A stretch of DNA of 64,000 nucleotides from Halorarum halobium (GTDB taxonomy: Archaea > Halobacteriota > Halobacteria > Halobacteriales > Haloferacaceae): assembly GCF_032116555.1 (NCBI RefSeq), contig NZ_CP134949.1:2604001-2668000 (forward strand), read 5' to 3'. Positions within the stretch are counted from its first letter, which is position 1; every line of letters begins with the position of its first letter. Positions 57,399 to 64,000 of this stretch are shown here, in pieces. The notes under the pieces were generated by a model. That model was not told where the DNA came from. It saw only the letters and a program-made list of their open reading frames with translations, and ran no database searches. The position numbers and the translations under genes were made by a program.

Positions 57399-59159
57399 CT
57401 ACGACGAGAACGGCGAGTCGGCGCCCTCCGGCTCCTCGCCGGGCAGCGTGATGACGTTGCCGCGACCGACGTTGATCTTGGTCACCTGCCCGGCGTCGTC
57501 CATGCGCGAGAGCACCCGGCTCACCTTCGATTTCGACCAGCCGGTCTCGTCCACGAGCGCCGACTGCCTGACGCGCCCGCCGTTCCGCCGCAGCACCGCC
57601 AGCACCGCGTCCTCGTTGCTCAACATCTCCAGCGGGACCTCGGCGGGTCCGTCCTCGGGAGGCGCGTCCCGCGGGTCGCCACCGCCCGACGGGTCGCTCG
57701 CGCTCCCCTCCGTCCCGCCGCCGATCGCGTCGCCGACTCGCGTCCTGAGTTCGTCGATCCGGGCCCGGACGGTGGGCCAGAGCGCCGCGATCCAGCCGGC
57801 GACCCGCGACTCGGCGGCCGCGTCCCGGACCCGGCCCGGGACGTGCGGGAGCCAGCGCTCCCGGGTCGCCCAGAGCGCGCCACCCAGGACGGCCGCGAGG
57901 AACGGGACGCCCAGCAGCACGGGAAGCAGGGGGAGTTGGGGCGGGGCGTCGACCTCGTTCCCGTCGCCGACGCCGTCGCCGTCCGAGTCGGCGTTCGTCG
58001 GGTCCGTGTCGTACCGGTTCACTTCCAGTCCGTCGCTCAGCCCGTCCCCGTCGGTGTCGGCCCGGTTGGGGTTCGTCTCGTGGGTGTTCACCTCGACGCC
58101 GTCCGTGAGGCCGTCGCCGTCCGTGTCGGCGGTCGTCGGGTCCGTCCCGTACTCGCTCACCTCCACCCCGTCCGAGAGGCCGTCGTCGTCGGAGTCGGCG
58201 GTCGTCGGGTCCGTGTCGTACGTGTGGACCTCCAGCGCGTCCGAGAGGCCGTCGTCGTCGGTGTCGGCCGCCGTCGGGTTCGTCTCGTGCTGGCGCACCT
58301 CCGCGGCGTCCGAGAGGCCGTCGCCGTCCGTGTCGGGGTCGCGGGGGTCCGTCTCGTGGGTGTTTACCTCGAGCGCGTCGTTCAGGCCGTCGCCGTCCGA
58401 GTCCGCACGGTTGGGGTCCGTGCCGAACTCGGTCACCTCCACCGCGTCGTCGAGCCCGTCGCCGTCCGTGTCGGCGCGGGTCGGGTCCGTCTCGTGGGTG
58501 TTCACCTCGACGCCGTCGTTCAGGCCGTCGCCGTCCGTGTCGGCGCGGGTCGGGTCGGTCCCGAACGTGTCGAGTTCGAGCCCGTCGACGAGTCCGTCCT
58601 CGTCCGTGTCCGGATCGGTGAAGTTCGTCCCGCCGCCGACCTCCCGCTGGTTCGAGGCGCCGTCGGCGTCGGCGTCGGCGCTCTTCTCGATGACCGAGAC
58701 GTTGTGGGTCTCGCGCGCGGCCTCCTCGCGCGTGAGCGTGTCCGCGGTGACGACGATGCTCACCGTCTGTTCGCCCCGGAACGCCTCGGGCCAGCCGTCG
58801 AACGAGAACGTCAGTTCCTGCGTGCTGTTGCCCGAGAGGACGACCTCCTGACAGTCGAGGTCGCTCGCCGACCGGTCGTCGGCCGGCTCCGACCTGACAC
58901 AGACCTCGTAGTGGCCGTCGCCCTCGCTCCCGGTCGTCTCCAGCGTCACGTTCACCGTCGTCACCTCGTCGGCCCAGACGAACTGCGTGTCCCCCCGCGT
59001 GGCGAACACGTCCGCCTGGCCGAACCCGCTCTCGGCGATGGTGACCTGGCCGGCCTCCTGGGCCGAGACCCCGGCGACCGGCGCGAGGAGCGCCACGAGC
59101 AGCACGGCCGCTACGAGGACGGCTCGGACGGTCTCGCGGCTCGGTCGAGTGCTGAACAC
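57399..59159 (-). CDS. Membrane-anchored HTH protein with extracellular DxDxDG (TSP3-like) calcium-binding repeats
   Basis: Signal peptide, Ig-like region, ten 23-aa T(D/N)PxxADxDGDGLxDxxEV repeats, TM (LLPVLLGVPFLAAVLGGALW) and C-terminal wHTH (VRQSALVDETGWSKSKVSRVLSRM). Confidence 0.85.
   Translation of the reverse strand: MFSTRPSRETVRAVLVAAVLLVALLAPVAGVSAQEAGQVTIAESGFGQADVFATRGDTQFVWADEVTTVNVTLETTGSEGDGHYEVCVRSEPADDRSASDLDCQEVVLSGNSTQELTFSFDGWPEAFRGEQTVSIVVTADTLTREEAARETHNVSVIEKSADADADGASNQREVGGGTNFTDPDTDEDGLVDGLELDTFGTDPTRADTDGDGLNDGVEVNTHETDPTRADTDGDGLDDAVEVTEFGTDPNRADSDGDGLNDALEVNTHETDPRDPDTDGDGLSDAAEVRQHETNPTAADTDDDGLSDALEVHTYDTDPTTADSDDDGLSDGVEVSEYGTDPTTADTDGDGLTDGVEVNTHETNPNRADTDGDGLSDGLEVNRYDTDPTNADSDGDGVGDGNEVDAPPQLPLLPVLLGVPFLAAVLGGALWATRERWLPHVPGRVRDAAAESRVAGWIAALWPTVRARIDELRTRVGDAIGGGTEGSASDPSGGGDPRDAPPEDGPAEVPLEMLSNEDAVLAVLRRNGGRVRQSALVDETGWSKSKVSRVLSRMDDAGQVTKINVGRGNVITLPGEEPEGADSPFSS
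57951..58628 (-). repeat. Intragenic tandem repeat, about 10 x 69 bp
   Basis: Encodes the 23-aa DxDxDG repeats. Confidence 0.9.
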
Positions 59160-59445
59160 GGGCTGGACTCCTGGTTCGTACAGCCGTTTCCGTTCTGGGA
59201 CTTAACCCTTTCGCGCCGCGGTTGCGACTGTTGCAACTGATGAAACAGTCCGAAACGGTACCATAATTTACCAGAAATATTACCGTCCAGCACCGCGTTC
59301 TAAAGTGAAACGGTCAGTTTCGATATATTTCTTCGTTGGAGGGCTGGTGGGTCGACGGCGGCGTCCCCCCGAACGCCGCCGGAACCCACCGCGGGAACCG
59401 GGCCACGTCAGCTCAGTGGGTGCCCTTCGCTCGCACGTCGCCCCG

Positions 59446-60048
59446 TCAGCGACGCTTGATCACGGTCGCCCCGTCGGCGTCGACGCGCACGACTGCGTCC
59501 ATCAGCGACGCGAAGGTGTCGACGGTCATCTCGTCGTGTGCCTCCGGCGTGAGATGGTAGTGGGCGAACGCGTCCGCGGCCGCGAGGCGGTTCGCCATCG
59601 CGTTGCAGAACCGGTAGCCACGCTGTCTGTCGACGTACTGGAGCAGGGCCGTGAGCGACGGGACACAGCAGTCGATCTGCCCGTCCGTCTCCCCCGCACG
59701 GTCGAGCAGCTTGTCGATGGCGACCCCCACGTCCGTGAGGTTCGCGGGCGAGGAGACCGACTCGACGGTCACTCGGTCGGTCTCGTCCACGAGCGCGACC
59801 CCCTGCGGGGTCGCGTCCACGACGTAGCAGTCCCGGCGCTCGTCCCCGTGGGTCTCCAGCATCCGCACGTCCGCACCCGTGAACGCGACGAACAGCAGCG
59901 GGCCGTCCGTCGAGAGTTCGGGTCGATGGCGTTCGAACGCGGAAGAGCCGTGCGGGTCCCCCAGGACGAGCACGTTCCCCGCGTCCGCGATACCGGGCGG
60001 ACGCGAGCCGTTCTCGCGTACCGCCGACGGGCGCGACGTTCCTGACAT
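59446..60048 (-). CDS. Haloarchaeal RecA/KaiC-fold-like protein without a Walker A motif (DUF7504-like)
   Basis: NVLVLG, VSSPANLTDVGVAI, SLTALLQY, AHYHL and FASLMDAVV motifs. Confidence 0.7.
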   Translation of the reverse strand: MSGTSRPSAVRENGSRPPGIADAGNVLVLGDPHGSSAFERHRPELSTDGPLLFVAFTGADVRMLETHGDERRDCYVVDATPQGVALVDETDRVTVESVSSPANLTDVGVAIDKLLDRAGETDGQIDCCVPSLTALLQYVDRQRGYRFCNAMANRLAAADAFAHYHLTPEAHDEMTVDTFASLMDAVVRVDADGATVIKRR

Positions 60049-60492
60049 GGCGTTTTTCGCCAGGGCGAGACCTACCTAAAAGCCGGATACCCGTCCTGAT
60101 GAGTTTCCGTACACGGCAGCCACAGTTTCATTCTGTTTCAAATTCTCGGAAACGATTCGTCGGCACCCTCGAGCGGAACCGCCGCAACGATACGGAACGA
60201 AGCCGCGCGAGCGGTCGAAACAGTCCACCGCAGTCTTTCGGTTTCGCGTGAAATCCGCCGGTGCGATTCGCGCGCAGTTCGGTGGCCCGTCGCCACGGCC
60301 GGGGCGTCATCGACGGCAAACGGCCGTCGAACCGCTCGACCCAGTTCTCCGACGCGTTCCTCCGGCGGGACGAGCCACGCCCGACGCGACCGTCACCCGC
60401 GGCGCCGGGGTTCCGGACCGGCGTCGGGCGCGCGGGAATCGGAGCCGCCGGTCCGTTCGTCGGGCGGTCGGTCCGCTCGGGTCCTCCCCGGA

Positions 60493-61701
60493 TCAGTTCC
60501 GCCAGAGCGGTCCGAGGAGCGGCGAGTCGTCCTCGGCCGTCTCGGTCACGCTCGTCTCGTTTCCGACCGTCTCGTTGTCGGCGGTGTCGGTGCCGACCGT
60601 CTCGGTTCCGTTCTCGGTACCGACCGTCTCGTTCTCGGCGGTCTCGGTGCCGACGGTTTCGTCGTCGGCGGGTTCGTCGTCGGAGACCGCTTCCTCGTCG
60701 GTGGCCGTCTCGGTGCCGTTCGTGTCGTCGGCATCGGTCTCCGTACCGACGGTCTCGTTCGCGTCGGTCTCGTTGCCGACCGTCTCGTCGTCGGTCTCGT
60801 TGGCGTCTGCGTCGTCGCCCGCCTCGTCGGCGAGCGTCACCGGCGCGGACACCGTGATCGCTTCACCGTCCTCGGTGTACGGGCCGTCCTCGGTCCCGTT
60901 CGTGGAGACGAAGTCGTAGGTCATCTCGCCCGACGGTTCGGCGGTCTCGTTCCCGTCGGTCTCGTTCTCGTCGGTTCCGTCGTCACCGACTTCGGTCGCG
61001 TTGTCGGCCATCGCGCCGCTCGTCTCCATGTGAGGCATCGCGATGAGGAGCTGACTCTCGGTCAGTTCGCTCTCGGTGAAGTTCGCGCCGGGGACGTCGT
61101 CGTACAGGGTCACCGTGACGTTGTCGTGGTAGCCCGGTTCGAGGTACTCGGACACCCCGACGACGCTGCCGATCGCGTCGCCCTCGAGCAGCGTGGCGTC
61201 GTGGATGGTCACGTAGCCGCCCTCGGGGAGGAACGCCGAGTCGACGACCACTTCGGTCCCGTTCGTCTCGTGGGCCGCGAAGCTCACGTCGGCCTCGGTG
61301 GTCACCTCGAGGGTGGCGAACATGCTACTGTTCGCGGTCGTGACCCCGTGGATGTAGTCGCCGGTGTCGAAGCCGCCCGTGTCGTACGTCATGCTCACCG
61401 TCGTCGACTCGTTCGCCGCGAGCGTCACGGACTGGCGGACGACCACGTCCCGGTCGTTCCCGGCCAGCCTGAACGCGACGTCCTCGGTCACCTCCTCGTC
61501 GGTCGGGTTCGTGATCGTCGCGTTCACGTCGACGCTGGCGTTCGGCGTCACCGACGGCGTCGCCTCCAGCGACTCCACGACGAGGCCGGACGCCTCCGTG
61601 CCGTCCTCCTGTGCCCCCGCGGTCCAGGCCACGGCGGGCGTCAGCACCGACACGACGACCAGCGCCGCGACGAGCGATACGACTGTGTTCCGCACTGTCA
61701 T
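60493..61701 (-). CDS. Secreted acidic surface glycoprotein (CARDB-like + DUF7282-like domain + T/E/D-rich repeats)
   Basis: Signal peptide, LPEGGYVTIHD…VVGVSEYL…AMPH…DGPY; 19 N-x-S/T sequons counted by hand. Confidence 0.85.
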   Translation of the reverse strand: MTVRNTVVSLVAALVVVSVLTPAVAWTAGAQEDGTEASGLVVESLEATPSVTPNASVDVNATITNPTDEEVTEDVAFRLAGNDRDVVVRQSVTLAANESTTVSMTYDTGGFDTGDYIHGVTTANSSMFATLEVTTEADVSFAAHETNGTEVVVDSAFLPEGGYVTIHDATLLEGDAIGSVVGVSEYLEPGYHDNVTVTLYDDVPGANFTESELTESQLLIAMPHMETSGAMADNATEVGDDGTDENETDGNETAEPSGEMTYDFVSTNGTEDGPYTEDGEAITVSAPVTLADEAGDDADANETDDETVGNETDANETVGTETDADDTNGTETATDEEAVSDDEPADDETVGTETAENETVGTENGTETVGTDTADNETVGNETSVTETAEDDSPLLGPLWRN

Positions 61702-62018
61702 TTCAATGCCTCCATCGCGGCACGTCCTGACGCTTGCTGACGGGATAAACCCCTGAAACCGTTAAGCCTCGAAAGGTATCCTTACGGTTCAGTAAGCACG
61801 ATTACGGCACTTCAGCAATTGAGAGTTAGTCGACATCGAGCGAGCGAACAGGCCGACCTTTCGCGCGGCCCGAACCCGGATGGCCGACCGTACTCGGTCG
61901 CCGGCGTCGGGGTTCCGGGCGCCGTGGGTTCGCCACCGGCCGCGACACGTTCGTCCCGGCGCGGGTCGAGAATCACCCGACTGAAGAAGGGTCGGCCGGA
62001 TTCGGTTCGGTCGAGGAG

Positions 62019-63512
62019 TCACGGAGCGACCGTCAGCAGGAACAGCCCGGCGAAGAGGGCCGCCGAGCCGAGCAGCAGCGCCGCGAGCAGCCGCGGGTCG
62101 ACGCCGAGCCGGCGACCCGCCCGCCGCGTCCGCTCGCGCGAGCGCTTCAGCGCCCGCCGAACGGCGAACCTGACGCGAAAGACGCCGTAGCGAAGCCGCC
62201 AGATGACCGACTCGACGCCGTAGGCGACGAGGTGGCTCGCCTCCAGGACGATGTTGTCCTCCGGCTCGCGGTTCCGCCGTCGACGGCGACGCTTGCGTGC
62301 GATCTCGCGGTGTGCGCTGGCCCGGCTGGACCGCCTCGACCCGCCGGCCGTCGAGGAGGCGCTCGCGGTCGTCGACCCGGATCCGAGACTCGACCCGCCA
62401 CCGGAGCCGCCGTTCGTCCCGCTGCCGCCCGTCATCGCGCCGCTGTCGGCCGTGCTCGACCGCGGTCTGGTGTCCGTCTCGCCGGCGCCGCCGGCGCCGT
62501 CGCCGGCGGCCGACCCGCCGTCCGCGTCGCCCGCATCGTCGCCATCAGCGTCGGCGTCCCCGTCCTCCGTGATTCGAACCCCGTCCGGGGACGCGGTCTG
62601 GGTGCCGGAGTCGCCGCCGGAGCCGTTCGAGGTGGAGTCGTCCACCTCCGCCGAGGGGTCGACCATCTGGAGTTCGGCCTCCAGGTCGGCGCTGATCGTC
62701 CGGAAGTCGGGGCGCTCGACGTCCTCCAGCCCCGGCGTCGCGCCGGCGTCAAACGTCTTCTTCCGGCGGAACTGGACCCGGTTGACCTCCTCGTCCCAGT
62801 CGGTGACGAGGATCGCCTCGCCGTCGTTCAGCTCCTCGACCATTCCCGCGTACTCGTCGTCGAGGAAGCGCCCGACGACCTTCGTGTCGTTCTCCCAGGT
62901 GAGCCGGTGCCAGACGAGCCAGTCACACTGGGTGATGAAGTCCTTGTCGACGGCCGCGGGCCGCTGGGACATCCCACAGAGACCGAGCCCGCGCTTCCGA
63001 CCGCGCTTTGCCACCTGGAGCAGGATCTCGCCCACCTCGTCGAGCCCGCCCGACTCGGGGAGGTACTCGTGACACTCCTCGACGAGCAGCATGAACGGCT
63101 TCTTCGCCTTCTTCTCCCTGACGAACAGCGTCTTGACGACGCCGTGGATCAGGTCACGGGCCTCGTCCACGTCGAGATACTCCGAGACGTCGAGGATGAC
63201 CGGGACGTTCTCTTCGAGCGCGAGCGTGGCGATGCGCTGGGCGTGGGTGGGCGACACCTGCACGTCACAGAGGTCGCCCGCGCCGACGTGGAGCATCTCG
63301 TAGCGCTCCTTCAGCCCGTAGTACTCGCCGTCGGTGTCGATGATGAGCAGCGGGAGGTCGAGTTCGAGCAGCTCCTCGGCGATGACGCTCGCCGTGTTAG
63401 ACTTGCCGCTCCCGGACTTGCCGGTCACGAACCCGCGGCCGGTGAGGAGTTCGATGACGGGCAGGGTGGTGCCATCATCGGAGATCCTGATCTCGTCCGG
63501 GATGCCTGACAT
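62019..63512 (-). CDS. HerA/FtsK-superfamily ATPase (DUF87-like) with a C-terminal TM anchor
   Basis: GKSGSGKS, IIDTDGEY, LLVEECH, RGRKRG and SQRP motifs; S/G/D linker, Arg-rich segment and terminal TM. Confidence 0.88.
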   Translation of the reverse strand: MSGIPDEIRISDDGTTLPVIELLTGRGFVTGKSGSGKSNTASVIAEELLELDLPLLIIDTDGEYYGLKERYEMLHVGAGDLCDVQVSPTHAQRIATLALEENVPVILDVSEYLDVDEARDLIHGVVKTLFVREKKAKKPFMLLVEECHEYLPESGGLDEVGEILLQVAKRGRKRGLGLCGMSQRPAAVDKDFITQCDWLVWHRLTWENDTKVVGRFLDDEYAGMVEELNDGEAILVTDWDEEVNRVQFRRKKTFDAGATPGLEDVERPDFRTISADLEAELQMVDPSAEVDDSTSNGSGGDSGTQTASPDGVRITEDGDADADGDDAGDADGGSAAGDGAGGAGETDTRPRSSTADSGAMTGGSGTNGGSGGGSSLGSGSTTASASSTAGGSRRSSRASAHREIARKRRRRRRNREPEDNIVLEASHLVAYGVESVIWRLRYGVFRVRFAVRRALKRSRERTRRAGRRLGVDPRLLAALLLGSAALFAGLFLLTVAP

Positions 63513-63685
63513 CGTTCACACCCACGTGCGCGAGGGGCCGCCATATGCCTTCTGTCGTGAGCCGGGCGCTACCGTCCCGTGACCCGGGCGCCGTGGCGTC
63601 GGACGCCCGCGGCTGATGTCCGGCCGCTGTCACCGGCGCGGGAGCCGTCGGTACCTTTTTCGCCCCCAGACGGCTGTGCTCGCAC

Positions 63686-64000
63686 ATGTCTTCCAGCAGC
63701 TGGTTCGAGGGCCAGCTCAAGCAGATCGTCCTGCTGGTCGCGGTTTCGACGGTCGTGCTGACCGCCGACTTCGTCGGCCTGCTGTCGCTGTTGACCGGAC
63801 GGGCGACGGAAATCGGCACCGGCATCGGCGGGCGCTTCCCGGCCTACGTGCTCGTGATGGCGGTCGCGTTCGTCGTCACCATCGTCGGGCTGGCACGGTT
63901 CGACACGGACGGGCGGACGGTGCTCTCGGCGGCGACGGGCGTGGGCCTCCTGACGCTAGTCACGGGCGCGCTGGCCGGCGAGGGCGTCGTGTACGCCATC
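63686..64000 (+). CDS. Multi-pass membrane protein, 3'-truncated by the window edge
   Basis: ATG 63686: MSSSSWFEGQLKQIVLLVAVSTVVL…; open to the end of the window with at least three TM segments. Confidence 0.7.
   Translation, partial: MSSSSWFEGQLKQIVLLVAVSTVVLTADFVGLLSLLTGRATEIGTGIGGRFPAYVLVMAVAFVVTIVGLARFDTDGRTVLSAATGVGLLTLVTGALAGEGVVYAI

Noticed and set aside
57951..58628. Regular 69-bp periodicity resembling a CRISPR array
   Set aside because: In-frame coding repeats with synonymous variation; no unique spacers and no cas genes.

Overview
High-GC haloarchaeal (Halobacteria) chromosomal core region: acidic proteins, TATA/BRE promoters, TFB, eL15, FtsZ2/CdrS, UbaA and NcsA. It holds about 60 credible CDSs, mostly housekeeping (udg, nfo, rio2, uvrD-like, riboflavin synthase, ilvA, ridA, citZ, tfb, guaAa, cimA/leuA-like, coaD and a MoxR/DUF58/DUF4129 cluster), and two tRNA-Ser genes (GGA, CGA). 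I see no transposase, integrase or CRISPR array. Most long ORFs in the supplied track are antisense or frame shadows. The strongest unexplained signal is non-coding: seven copies of a modular, structured intergenic element (~120-310 bp). Its long stems change sequence between copies but keep pairing, and it is rich in C-GNA-G mini-hairpins on one strand. A related ~160-bp cassette behind tRNA-Ser(GGA) duplicates the tRNA 3' end and carries an inverted copy of it. A second candidate system is the 57.4-64 kb surface locus: a membrane-anchored HTH protein with ten Ca-binding-type repeats, a RecA/KaiC-fold-like protein, a heavily glycosylated secreted protein, a tail-anchored HerA/FtsK ATPase and shared GAAAC motifs. 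All family assignments come from motif recognition, not database searches.
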